Position numbers and translations under genes: made by a program. From the NCBI RefSeq assembly GCF_006345805.1, contig NC_043006.1, forward strand, positions 80,786,001 to 80,850,000: DNA of 64,000 nt, written 5' to 3'. Origin of the DNA: Octopus sinensis. Taxonomy: Eukaryota. This document shows, in pieces, positions 28,415 to 42,030 of this stretch (positions are counted from its first letter, which is position 1; each line of letters opens with the position of its first letter). The notes under the pieces are model-generated. The model saw only the letters and a list, made by a program, of their open reading frames with translations. It had not been told where the DNA came from and did no database searches.

Positions 28415-29476
28415 ATGTAATCCCTCGGCTATCGCGGGTGTTACGTTCCTAAACCCCCGCGATAGATGAAAATCCTCGAAGTAGAAATAGTACTGTATAT
28501 TTTTTTTATTATTTTTCTAATTTGTATATATTTATTTTACTATTTTTATATATTTAAGCTTTACAAACTCCCCCTCCCACACGCTTAGGAGTAGCCGTGT
28601 CTTCTCTTGCTTTGCGAGTGAGAAATATAGTGATGGGTAGTTGCTGACGCTGCCTTCTCTTCTGTGTAAGGAGGTTTTTATAATCTTCTATGGCACTGTC
28701 GATTGCATTTCTGAACTGCAACGCAGGAATCATTTGGTGGTCCCAATCTTCTGCCATTCTCTGAAGTTCTTTTGCGTTTTTGCTAGAGTTGAGAGGTATT
28801 CTACTGATAGGCTGATTACTTCTTCCCCTAGATCCTCTTGTGATTCTTCTTTCTCAATTGCTGACTTCGTCATTTCTGTCAGATCTTAATCCGTTAACGG
28901 ATCTGAGTGGACCTCGATCAGGTTATTAACGTCTTCGCTATTCATATCGGTGAAGCCATCTCCTCCTAGCAATTTTGCCAGCTTCACTGCCTTATCTACA
29001 TCTGGCATTCAAAGTTTCGCTATTCATCTCCTTTATGGCCTTCTGAATATTATGCAGACACGTTGCAATGGTGTACCCACTCCAGTACTCCTTCAGCGAG
29101 AAGTTATCATGCGAGTCCATAGACTCGACCAGGTGTTGCAGAGAGTTTCTCGTACAGAGCGCCTTAAAAGCACGAATAATGCCTTGATCCATGGGATGGA
29201 TCAGTGATATGGGGTTTGGCGGTAAGAATTCGATTTGTACGCCCTCATACAAAAGTTCGAACGCGTGACCTCCATCATTGTCCTTTAGGCGAGATAAACC
29301 TTGTTCCACCAGCGCATGAAGCACTGGTGGAACCAGTCTGTTGTCAGAAGTTTCGTTATCCATGACTACTAGTTGAGCATCCAATACACTGGCGGCATTA
29401 TGTATTTAATGATGTTGTACTTGCGATGTGTTTAATGATGTTGCACTTGAGATTTGTATTACGAGAGGGTAAACTA
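28415..29476 (-). mobile_element. pogo/Tigger relic
   Basis: GVQIEFLPPNPISLIHPMDQGIIRAFKA (DDE_1 motif); TIR-like GTAATCCCTCG at the left end and a degenerate counterpart at the right. Confidence 0.85.
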
Positions 29477-29559
29477 TGCTTACTGGAAGCTCAACCAATA
29501 TTATATATAGCAGATAACAAAAGATTACATATTGAAACATATACGCCAGTTGGATCATG

Positions 29560-29960
29560 AGATCTGGATCTCTCTATCGAGCGAGATGTTGGAAGTAATA
29601 GATTTTCCAGAAGAGAAACCTCAACTAAAAATCATTGAGAAGATTAATATGAGATCGGATTCTTTGTTCCACTCATGTTCATGGAAATAAATGATTGTGA
29701 ATGAATTCCCTGTGCAGAACGGTGGAAGCCTGCATCTACTATACCAATTACTATACCAACCTTCCAAGCTAAACATTTAGCGCTAGAGATTCAAGGGATT
29801 TATTTGGAAATCAGCACATGAACTTATGAAACGGTCCTCTGTCATTATTCCCCGTAGAATTCGTGTGACATTGCTACGTGGTTACAACATCCCATTTGAG
29901 CAGTCATATGAAAACAACAATTAAAGCAACATATGGCAGCAGAAGGGAACCAGAAATAAT
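29560..29960 (+). pseudogene. Possible Ty3/gypsy pol relic
   Basis: Degraded VIIPRRIRVTLL...SH-like segment reminiscent of the integrase zinc-binding region; weak. Confidence 0.25.
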
Positions 29961-30735
29961 GATCTTGTAGGTAAGGATTAAAGAGCTTGAAGAACTCATC
30001 TTAGCTTCCATTGAACTTATTCATATAGTGAGACATATGTGTGTCTGTTTATTCATATAATAATTACTGCAGTCTAACGTCTTTGTTGTTAATGTCAGTG
30101 CTTGGGTTATATTTAAGTCTATGCATGTATGTATGTATATGTTTGCGGGCTTGTATAGAATTATCTGTATGCTCATTGCAATCCATCCCATGTATGTGCA
30201 TGCATGTTTGTATGTATTATATATGTAAATATAGATGGATGTATTTATATATATATGAATAAGCAAGACACAAACAATTAAGATAAAAATATTGGCTCCG
30301 GGTTGTGTGAATGAGAGACAGACAAGGAAACATCAAACAAAGAAACATCAAACTCTGGTAGAAGCAAAGTCAAACGGGGATAAAACAACAGCAAAGAAGC
30401 AAACGATATTGCAAATGGCCACTTGAATCTTGTCGAACTCGTTCATTTCCTTAGTAACGATAGGAATAGTTATATACAATATATGATACCTGATTCTGTT
30501 CGTTTAACATTGTATTCGTTGAAACGAAAGAGAAACCAATCAATAACACAATCAGTTCCTTTTATCTATTGGTTCCATTGAATCTTCTTTCTTTTAAAAT
30601 TCTAACTTACTTTATTTGGAAATAACCCATCCTGTTTGTATTTTCTTTAGATTCATTAACCGTTCTCTATATCAATCGTTCTTTCCCTCTCTTTGTGTGT
30701 TCCTTATATTTGTTGCTCATTATACATATGAACAC

Positions 30736-30788
<53 letters not shown>

Positions 30789-31400
30789 TACACAAACACG
30801 CACATGCACATACACACGCACTCACATACACACTAAATGTAGCTGCACTCCCACATTGATTTTAGTTTTCGTCCAATATGCATCTCTCTATATATTTATT
30901 CTTTTCAAATTCCTTCTTTCTCAGTTTCATTCCTTTCTTTGTGTCTTTGCATCAATTATTAATATGCTCATTCCCGTTTTTAACTTCCTTTCACCATATG
31001 CTACATCTACCCTTCTGTCACATGCTACATGTATGATCATTAGTTTGCAATAATTTTTACTACGTTGAATATGTTTTTTTTTTACCTCATTTTCTCAATA
31101 TAAGCGTTGTTGATCTCATTACATTTGAATCGCAATGCATGATGTACGACTCGTAAAATTATTGATCTTTTTTTCGAATCTTCTTCAAATGCAATTAAAT
31201 TCGCCGATGCATTTCTCCAAAACATATAACTACTCTGTTTCTACGTTTATCACAACCATTATTAAGATAACAACCACTGATGCAACCCCCCCACCACCAC
31301 CACAAAAAGGGAGCGCAGTACGAAATTTCTAGAATTTCTGCAACACTGAAGCCATGTAGAACAAGAAATGACAGGAAATTTTATTATTGCTAGAGTGTAA

Positions 31401-31570
31401 TATTGGGTTGTCCGGAAAGTTCGTGCCGATTTTTAAAGGAAAGAAAAAGGTCAATAAATACTTGCCATTACATTTTTAATCAACCGAATATGAACCATTT
31501 TGTTGCACAATGCGTCTCCATCTTTCCTTTAATTTGAAAATACTCTCTTCCCAGAATTGATGTGGGAAAG
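31401..31570 (-). mobile_element. mariner 3' end fragment with TIR
   Basis: FWEESIFKLKERWRRIVQQNGSY on the minus strand; TA-TTGGGTTGTCCGGAAAG terminus. Confidence 0.8.
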
Positions 31571-32929
31571 AATTCATCAAAGTATTCATTAAAGAAAAAG
31601 CATTGTGGTTGTTGACCGGTTTTCGCTTTAGCTAATCATGACATTGAAATTATTGTAATTTCGTATGTTCTTAAGAAGATTTTAGTTTATGTTCTTGAAT
31701 GAAAGTTTGTGAATGAATCAACAAGTAGAAAAATCTAAAGAGAATTGGTGATAGTTATTACTCAGGATAGGGGAGGTAATTGCTCATTTTGGGATGGGAT
31801 AAATAATCATGCAAAATTTCATAAGCTAAAGCAGGGAGATGAAGTATGTACAGTGATTGATATATGATCGTGACTTAAAATATATACTCAGGCGCATAAC
31901 CAACCATGCTCTCAGCATATATTTTAATTCATGATTACATATCCATCACTATACATATTTTATCTCACTACTTTAGCTTATGAGTTTTTGTATGGTTATT
32001 GTTCCCACCACAAAAATGAACAACCACCTCCCCTGTCCCGAATATTAACTATCACCAATTACTTCCCCTTACGTTTTTCTACTTGTTGATTCATTTACAA
32101 ACTTTCATACAAAATCATGAACTGAAATCTTTTAAAAAAAATATGAAATTACAACAATTTCAATGCCATGCTTAGCGAAAGCGAATCGGGTCGGCAACCA
32201 CAATAATCTTACATTTAAAATATTCAAAGTACGTTATTAAAACTATGTAAACTGTGTGGATTTTTCTCCTTTTATTTTATATATATGTATATTTTTTGCA
32301 TTATTACAATGTATATATATATATATATATGTAATATTGTTTTTAGAGAAACGTCTGAAAGAGATGTTTGTATTAAAATCAAAATGCTTCAGTTAAAACT
32401 CCGTTGGATTACTTGACCCAGCGTTTCTGCCTAATTTGTTCTCCTCTGTAACAAATACCCTGGACATTCTACACAAGAAAAAAATACATGTTCCGCTTTA
32501 GAAATCAATAAGCAAAACATTTACTGATTTGTCCCAAATACTCATTATCCCAGCACAATATGTTTACGGGTACGCACATCTAAAGCTAGAGCATATCAAC
32601 AATGACAGAAAGCGTAACGTCTCCTTAACGTGCAATAAATACATTATAACCCACAAAGTAGGCTTTGACTTTGCTTTTCAAGTACAGGGGAAGTTACTAA
32701 ATACCTGATCGGGAAGAGAAAAGTTTATATGTATACCCCGATATTCCGGTGTAACATATCAACAACTATCTCTTGAGGCATGTTATTTGCAAAAACAAAA
32801 TCGTTTAAAGGCAATACCTAGTAAAGAATATCCTGATGCCCAAATCAAAGCCACATATGATCGGTAAGCAGAATGTGTCTACACATATACAGTAATAATG
32901 ATTACTGGTGGCTCATTCTAATAACAGCA

Positions 32930-34320
32930 GCTATGGCTGTACAAGTAACGGAGCAAAAGCCGTTATATAATTCTAAGGATCAGCTGCAAGGAATGTATGG
33001 CTGCCGCTTCAAAAGTTCTGAAAATGAACACCTATAGAGAACTAATGAGAAAACTGCTGCTCGTTTAATCAAGATTATTGATTCCATTGCAGACCTGTCT
33101 GCATTTAACAAGACCATATCTCACATGCAGTGTCAGTTCTAGCGTAAACATTTAGGATATTGAACTTGGCAATTGACAAGATCTACATCCTGGATATCAA
33201 AACTAGAAAGATACTGACCACAACAGGCAACTTCTACATTAACAGAGACACTGACAGGATCTACGCGAGACAAATTGATGGCTGTAGAGTAATAAGGTCA
33301 GTCCAAACAGTTTTTGAATGTCGCATTTTATCTCGCAGACACCTGCTGAACTGCAAAAGAGAAATGAGTACATTCCATGCATACTCAAACGTGAGAGCAA
33401 CAACATCTTCAGAGTTGGCGGAGAATTGCTGTGCAGGTACGCTGGGAATACAAATGTCTGGTGCGACCAAAAGGAGGCTAGACTGGCCTACCTAAACAGA
33501 AGCTTGGGAGAGAAGGAGGCATCATAACAGCAAAAAGCAATGCATGGGTACATATCCCGTAAACTAGAAGATAACAACAGTATTGACAGGACGAATAGCC
33601 TCTCCTGAACTTGTGATCGGTCCATCACCTAGAACTGTAACAGGAAACAGCTACTAAAACTTGATAAACTACTCAAAGAAACCACCGAACACCCACGTTG
33701 TGATAGTAAATGTCGGCTTCGCTATACCAGTGTAAAATATATCACCCACATCATCGGCAGCTGCCCCAATCCGTCTATCAGATATTGCCCACCCCTGAAG
33801 CATGATATAGTTCCAATGACTATTTAAAATGCTATCTCCACTAAAGATTGCTCTGAAGAATTCATCAAATTTATATTAGAACCAGCATGTATGCATACCA
33901 TTAAAGGCAAGGAAGACTGGTGGAACACGCGATTAAAAACTATAATTCAGTAGAAATATAATAGGCGTGAAGTTGTTTTGTAGGACGGAGAACAAAAGTC
34001 ATGCCTTGCAGTAGAGATTAACAGTCCAGTGGATCAAAAGCGGATATGAATGCACCATCAAACAAAATCTAGGAAAAGGAGAACATTTATGGTGAATTAA
34101 TGCAGTACTTACAGCTCTTGTGCTCCGACTATAAATTCTTATTTGTATCAATCCTGATTTGGGCATTAGGCTTTGTAGTTACATATTTACGCAAAAACCC
34201 AGAAGTACTAGGCTCTTCGAAGAGTGAGAGCAAAGGAAACTGACGCAGATTCACCAAATTCAATCTATTACTGGCACAGGGAAAATTTGTAAGACATTCC
34301 AAAGATTCTCCACCTGAGAT
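32930..34320 (+). pseudogene. Degraded R4/Dong-like (RLE) non-LTR retrotransposon
   Basis: LDIKTRKILTTTGNF...DTDRIY...SVQTVFE, followed by CCHC and restriction-like endonuclease remnants. Confidence 0.7.
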
Positions 34321-34495
34321 TTTTTAGACGAAAAAGGCTCACACACTTGGGTGTGGGCATCGACAGCTCAACTAACACACCATCGCACCACATATTTACA
34401 AAGACCGAGAACGCTCTTATTTCAAAAATTCTTGTTAACTGTTAGCGATCGGCTTGAATTGTCTCAAGAACTTAAATAAAACTCTAAGAAAAACC

Positions 34496-34528
<33 letters not shown>

Positions 34529-34688
34529 CATACATACACATATATTATATATACATACATATATATATATTTATGACAGACATCGTGTATACACTCACAC
34601 ACACACGTACACACGCACACACACATATAGTTTGTGTATGTGTGCATATATATACATACACACACACACATATATATATATATATCTC

Positions 34689-34826
<138 letters not shown>

Positions 34827-35062
34827 TATATATAATAATTAATCAATATAGGGTGGCAAAAAATTTCGTAGAATTTATTTGCCACCAGCGGCCTAGTGGG
34901 AAAAAATTAAATAGTCATAAACCATTTATAAGTTCAACATCACAATCAAGGAATGGCCATAATAGGCCATTCACCCACTAGAAATAACAGCCAAAGCTTC
35001 AACCGCAAAATAACATCAATTCCGCAAACCAGGAGAAAATTAAAAAAACATTTACCCTGTAA

Positions 35063-35167
35063 TTTCTTATACGATGCACCGTTTCATCTATTGTTTAATG
35101 GTAAACTAACCTGATTAAATTAAATCAAGCCAATCTTCCATAGGCCGATAGATTCGTCAGTAAGAAA
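35063..35167 (-). ncRNA. Type I hammerhead ribozyme, family A copy 1
   Basis: Minus strand: UUUCUUA - CUGACGA - AUCUAU...(56 nt)...AUAGAU - GAAA - CGG UGCA UCG - UA - UAAGAAA. Stems I (7 bp), II (6 bp) and III all pair; cleavage triplet GUA with the cut between 35070 and 35069. Confidence 0.9.
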
Positions 35168-35547
35168 CAGCCAAGATCGGAGCAGATATTATCACGAGGC
35201 ATCTCACTCCCTGTCTCGGCAATATCTGACCTAAAATTTTCAAATCATCGCACTCGCGCCAAATTTATCGGCAGCAAATATAAGCCGCCGATTCCATTAC
35301 GGAATTAACCAGAAAATTCATAATTAATCAATATAGGGTGGCAAAAAATTTCGTAGAATTTATTTGCCACCAGCGGCCTAGTGGGAAAAAATTAAATAGT
35401 CATAAACCATTTATAAGTTCAACATCACAATCAAGGAATGGCCATAATAGGCCATTCACCCACTAGAAATAATAGCCAAAGCTTCAACCGCAAAATAACA
35501 TCAATTCCGCAAACCAGGAGAAAATTAAAAAAACATTTACCCTGTAA

Positions 35548-35652
35548 TTTCTTATACGATGCACCGTTTCATCTATTGTTTAATGGTAAACTAACCTGAT
35601 TAAATTAAATCAAGCCAATCTTCCATAGGCCGATAGATTCGTCAGTAAGAAA
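35548..35652 (-). ncRNA. Type I hammerhead ribozyme, family A copy 2
   Basis: Identical to copy 1, offset by 485 bp. Confidence 0.9.
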
Positions 35653-36032
35653 CAGCCAAGATCGGAGCAGATATTATCATGAGGCATCTCACTCCCTGCC
35701 TCGGCAATATCTGACCTAAAATTTTCAAATCATCGCACTCGCGCCAAATTTATCGGCAGCAAATATAAGACGCCGATTCCATTACGGAATTAACCAGAAA
35801 ATTCATAATTAATCAATATAGGGTGGCAAAAAATTTCGTAGAATTTATTTGCCACCAGCGGCCTAGTGGGAAAAAATTAAATAGTCATAAACCATTTATA
35901 AGTTCAACATCACAATCAAGGAATGGCCATAATAGGCCATTCACCCACTAGAACTAACAGCCAAAGCTTCAACCGCAAAATAACATCAATTCCGCAAACC
36001 AGGAGAAAATTAAAAAAACATTTACCCTGTAA

Positions 36033-36137
36033 TTTCTTATACGATGCACCGTTTCATCTATTGTTTAATGGTAAACTAACCTGATTAAATTAAATCAAGC
36101 CAATCTTCCATAGGCCGATAGATTCGTCAGTAAGAAA
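36033..36137 (-). ncRNA. Type I hammerhead ribozyme, family A copy 3
   Basis: Identical to copy 1, offset by 970 bp. Confidence 0.9.
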
Positions 36138-36293
36138 CAGCCAAGATCGGAGCAGATATTATCACGAGGCATCTCACTCCCTGCCTCGGCAATATCTGAC
36201 CTAAAATTTTCAAATCATCGCACTCGCGCCAAATTTATCGGCAGCAAATATAAGCCGCCGATTCCATTACGGAATTAACCAGAAAATTCATAA

Positions 36294-36675
36294 TCTCTCT
36301 CTATATAAACGGCAGTTTGTCTGTGCGTGTTTCTGTGTGTCTGTTAGGTTGTACCCTCACCCTGACCACGGCTTTCAACCGATTCTGATGAGACTTGACA
36401 CACACATAGCCCAATGTCATAATTCAAAACTAACGCAGCGAAAATTTTGAAAAGTTACCCCAGTTCTGAAAAAAATCGATAAATTCGACATGGGGTCGAG
36501 AATCAGAAACACAAACCACAAATTGTCTAGGGGAAGCAACTCCACCTTTTTAACTCTCAAAAAAATTTACCATCATTTTTTTCCATTTTTTTGCTATTTT
36601 TTTGCTATAACTCTCTAAAAATGCTTTATAGTTATTTCCCTTACAAACCTGAGCAACGCCGGGTGATACTGCTAG
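36294..36675 (+). mobile_element. Non-autonomous Helitron (382 bp)
   Basis: 5' TC (TCTCTCTCTATATAAACGG) and 3' CCTGAGCAACGCCGGGTGATACTGCTAG with a subterminal hairpin and CTAG end. Inserted between A and T of the array unit (CATAA^TTAATC) with no TSD. Confidence 0.85.
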
Positions 36676-36769
36676 TTAATCAATATAGGGTGGCAAAAAA
36701 TTTCGTAGAATTTATTTTGATATATATATAATATATATATATCTCACATACATATATATCTCCATTCAC

Positions 36770-37096
<327 letters not shown>

Positions 37097-37810
37097 TAGA
37101 TAGATATAGATACATACATACATGCATGCATACATACATACATACTTACATACATACATACATACATACATACATGCATGCATACATACATGCATGCATG
37201 CATACATACATACATACATGCATACATACATACATACACACACTCATATATATATATATATATGATTTGAAAACCCACTAGAATGGGAGCAAGCGCTAAT
37301 CCGAATGATATGATATATATGTAAAAAATGTAATATATAAATAAATATCTACAAATATGAACCATCTGATCTGATTACCTCAATTTTTCTAATATATATA
37401 TATATATATATATTATACATATATATATACACGTTTGTATGTTTGTAATTTCATGCTCGTGTGTGCCTGTACGGAAAAATAAATTCTTAATTAGACCTAG
37501 AAGAGATTTGAATTAATGTCCTATATAAAACTGTTACAGACATAAATCATAACGGCAAATAATACAAAGAAGAATAAACAAAGCTAAAATAGATCTACTA
37601 ATTAATCTCATGGGAAATTGAAAGGAATTCTATCTGGTAAAATTGGTGGCAGCAATAAATTTAAAATAAAAAAAAGAGAAACAAAAACAGGCGGTACAGA
37701 ATGCTGTAGAAAGTCCTGCAACATAGAAACACGTGCGCGCGCGCACACATATATACACGTATATATATATATCTCGATCTATCAATCAATCAATCAATCG
37801 ATACATATAT

Positions 37811-38225
37811 ATAGGTGCAGGAGTAGCTGTGTGGTAAGTAGCTTGCTCACCAACCACATGGCTCCGGTTTCAGTCCCACTAGATGGCACCTTGAGCAAGT
37901 GTTTTCTACTATAGCTTCCATGCCGACCAAAGCCTTGTGAGTGAATTTGGTTGACGGAAACTGAAAGAAGCCCGTCGTATATATATATATATATATATAC
38001 ATATATATATGTATCTGTGTGTGTATGTATATGTTTGTGTGACTGTATTTGTCTCCCCAACATCGCTTGACAACCGATACTGGTGTGTTTACGTCCCCGT
38101 CAGCTAGCGGTTCGGCAAGAGAGACAAATAGAATAAGTACTAGGCTTACAATGAAAAAGTCCTGGGGTCGATTTGCTCGAGTAAAGGTGGTGCTCCAGCA
38201 TGGTCAAATGACTGAACCAAATAAA
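37811..38225 (+). mobile_element. SINE family 1, full length
   Basis: Head, microsatellite linker and tail present. Confidence 0.9.
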
Positions 38226-38886
38226 AGAATATAAAGAAAAGAATATATATTTATATATGCGGGGGGAGGGTGTATGTATGTTTGTGTTTTACGAAAAATT
38301 GTAAGAATATATAGAAAATATGATACACAAGAGACAGTAAGAAACTCTAGGGAAAGATAAACATTGGTTCTACTCTGAACTCATTCCATTCTACTGAGCC
38401 CGGGCCGTACTCGGGTAATGATTCCTGGATATTTACTTTGCTGGTGTATTTTCTGCTACAGTAACATGCACATTTTGGAGTTGGTAAAGTGACCCAGAGC
38501 CAAGATACAGTCAGCGTTGTAATCATTTCTGTCTGACAGAACATTACAACGTGGAGTAATTGTGTCTTCTGATGTTCACTTTCATTCCTCCGTGAACAAA
38601 TCTCGATAGAAACCATTACTTCAAAGATCGGTTCACTTTTAATTTTTTTGTCTCAGAAACTGAATCTTGCTGTGAGATTGTATGCAGATTTTTCCACCTT
38701 CCAACATGCTAGCACCGCTATGGCAAGACATTTTGAATAGAAAATAGATTCTCTCAATCTGAAGGAATTTCGCTTCCAAGAATATTTTAAATCAAAGAAT
38801 ATGCATATACTTACACCCCACCACACACCCGAATCTATGTATATAGATACATGCATATAAACGCATATACACAAACTTATACGTAC

Positions 38887-38994
<108 letters not shown>

Positions 38995-40379
38995 GCATGA
39001 ATATAAGCTTATGCTGTAAATTATCCTTCAGTTTCTGATCCATTCTTAGAAAAATTTGTAGTCATTGAAGCACTATGTATGACAAAAGTATGGAATAGTC
39101 GAAACTGAAGCCATGTTATCATAGATCATGAATGAGCTGTACCTAAACAACATAATACAGTAAAAATTTCAATATGACCAAAACTTCGCAAACACTTGTA
39201 AAACATCGTTATTTCCCTCGGGAATATATTTTATTGGTTTGATAGACACCAGGTTAGGTTAAATAAAATGTCTTCAAAAATCCTTCGAATCCTTGATCTC
39301 GGGAATTTACTAATTATCCAAATCTCAAGAAAGTAGACAGCAAAAGGATTATGTAAAATTAATGAGAAATAGATATCATCAGCTAGCTGTCATATCATAG
39401 GCACCATAAATGAAATGATTAAACTTCCCTGCAGTATCTGTTAATTCGTTTTAGTTTTTATCTATCACGTCGATTTTACGTTTATTTATAACAGCTGTTA
39501 GAAGAATTTCTCCACTGCTTAAAATGCGTGTGATCAAACATTTCCCTGCATGTGTACTAAGAAAATGATCCTATCAACTGAATATTTTTAAAAGTGAAAT
39601 TTTGACGTCTTTAACTCTTTAGCATTTCAACCGGCAATATCTGGCCTCTCACACCTACCTTACAATGTTATTCGAAAAAAAAAAAAAGTAGTCACATCGT
39701 CAAAATTTCAGAGCTACGAAATGATGAATGACTAATTAAAATACCAATATAAAGAAATAAGCATTGTATTTAATAAAGAACGTAATATTTCAAATATTTA
39801 TTTTATCCTACAGGCTATATTCATTGAATAGGTTTTAACTATATTTTCAGAAATGTTCCTGTGCCAACCCTGTTCGCAACATCAGTTTTCACAATATTCA
39901 AAGTGAAAATATAGGTAATATTTGCAGTTTTAGACATTAGAGTGACACTTCATCAGATTTGCATCAGGTGCTTGCTCTTACATTGTGCGCACAATGAACG
40001 AGAATTAAGAGTACAGGTAATTTCATTCTCAGGTAGCATTAACGTGACGCAGCGTGTGACTAGGTTGTGACTTTGCAACACGTAGAATATGTTCGTCAGG
40101 CTTCTGTACAGTTTCTTTCTGTTTAATTACGCTGACAAGCGTAACTCGAGGTGTGAGAAAATAACGTTTGCGACGTATGGCACACAATGAGATCGAACCT
40201 TGAAATTGCAAAGCGATGTCCTTACCTGTTTGTTCATCTTACGTCTAATCTAAGCATGCATCCAACCACCCATACACAGACATAAGTATGATTCACTATC
40301 AAGGTGTAGAAATGGCGTCTTCCGAATGAACAAGGTAATATAATCGAGGGTAGCAAGAATTCTGCAATCATATAATATA

Positions 40380-40540
40380 ACCACATGTGAATCGTTGGCG
40401 ATATTTTCCATTGGACTTTCCACTGTTTCCGACGAATAGCTTTGCTCGAAACGTTAAACCATCTTTCTCTCCTTCCCTGAGCGTCTGCTAATACTTTACA
40501 TGTACCATGTCCTCGCGTTGTTGATTTTTTGTGTTTGTTC
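40380..40540 (+). mobile_element. Penelope-type terminal repeat fragment with degenerate minimal HHR-like motif (40425-40459)
   Basis: GTTT CCGACGA A TAGC TTT GCTC GAAAC GTT AAAC; flanks match the copy at 36770-36975. Confidence 0.5.
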
Positions 40541-40783
40541 GTTTTTTTAATTTATTATTTATATATAAGTGTGCATACATTTACTCACACACACACATGT
40601 ATATAATATTCTCATGCATTTTACTCAAACACACACACACAAACATACATACATATATATATATGCATACTCTCATGTATTTTACTCAAACATACACACA
40701 CATATATATATTTAATTATACGTATGGATATATATTTTATTATATACATATATATATCTATATAAATATATATATATATATAT

Positions 40784-40831
<48 letters not shown>

Positions 40832-41586
40832 CTTTGTGTGTGTGTGTGTGTGCGCGTGCGTGCGTCTGTGTGTATGTGTGCATGTGTGTGTGTGTGCACG
40901 CGTTTGTAGTATGCACACTCATACGCATGTATTAATGTATATAAATATATATATTATTGCCTTTGGACATTCATATAATCCATCGTCTATGAGTTTTTCT
41001 CGTGTTGCTTTAAAAAAGTTTCCAATTAATTTTTTTTTTTCATCGTTTAGAAAAATGTTTTCATAGCAACGAAACCAATTTTCTGTGACGCAAATTGACA
41101 AGACTTGCTGCGTGGAGAACGAAATGGAAGGAAAACAATATTGCACATAACAGAATAGCTAAATTGAAGTGATAAATATACTATATGGTATGTGCAGCAC
41201 TGTGAAATTGACGAATGTTCTGTTGGCGTGTTGAGCAGACTGAACTTCTGGTTAGTTTATCACATTCGGCCATAAAGGTAGAAGGCAGAGGCCATCATAC
41301 TAGGAATAAATCAATAAATCAGAATAAAGAAATTACACCAATGTTGTAGAATATATACATCGATGCGTTACTGCACGTACAGATGAAGATATTCAATTAA
41401 TGATTCGTATATCATCATAGATGCCTCGATATGCACCCTATAATCAGTAGCGTTTTGTATTGTAACATTTTGCACATAAATACATACATACACACTTACA
41501 TAAACACAAATACACAGACACACACAGACACAAAAACACGCACACACGCACACACACGCACACAAACACGCAGGAGAGGCTGTATA

Positions 41587-41721
41587 TAGGCGCAGTAGTG
41601 GCTGTGTAATAAGTAGCTTGCTTACCAGCCAAATGGTTCTGGGTTCAGCCCCACTGCGTGGCACCTTGTGTCTTGATTTGGTAGACGGAGACTCAAAAGA
41701 AGCCCGTCGTATATATGTTTG

Positions 41722-41784
<63 letters not shown>

Positions 41785-42030
41785 TGTGTGTGTGCGTGCG
41801 CGCGTGTGTGTGTGTATGTGTGTGTATCTGTGTTTGTCTCCCCAACATCGCCGTACAAACGATGCTGGTGTGTTTACGTCCCCGTAACTTGGCGTTTCGG
41901 CATAAGATACCGATAGAATAAGTATCAGGTTTCCAAAGAATAAGTCCTGGGGTAAATTTTCTCGACTAAAGGCAGAGCTCCAGCACGGCCGCAGTCAAAT
42001 GACTGAAACAAGTAAAAGAGTAAAAGAGTA
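41587..42030 (+). mobile_element. SINE family 1 with small internal deletion
   Basis: Head, long (TG)n linker, tail ending GTAAAAGAG twice. Confidence 0.85.

Larger units (their letters stand above)
34835..36717 (-). mobile_element. Tandem array of 485-bp units (3 full + ~48 bp), candidate non-LTR retrozyme family A
   Basis: AATCAATATAGGGTGG recurs at 34841, 35326 and 35811 (period 485) and again after a Helitron at ~36678. Units differ by only a few substitutions, each carries a type I HHR, there is no ORF, and both flanks are (TA)n. Confidence 0.85.

Noticed and set aside
36385-36475. CTGATGAG inside the Helitron
   Set aside because: No paired stem II or GAAA-stem III follows.
34835-36717. 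CRISPR array or ordinary satellite interpretation of the tandem arrays
   Set aside because: There are no unique spacers and the context is eukaryotic; full HHRs in each unit argue against a plain satellite.
39611-39790. TTAA-CTCTTTAGCATT start resembling a piggyBac-type MITE
   Set aside because: No matching opposite terminus found.
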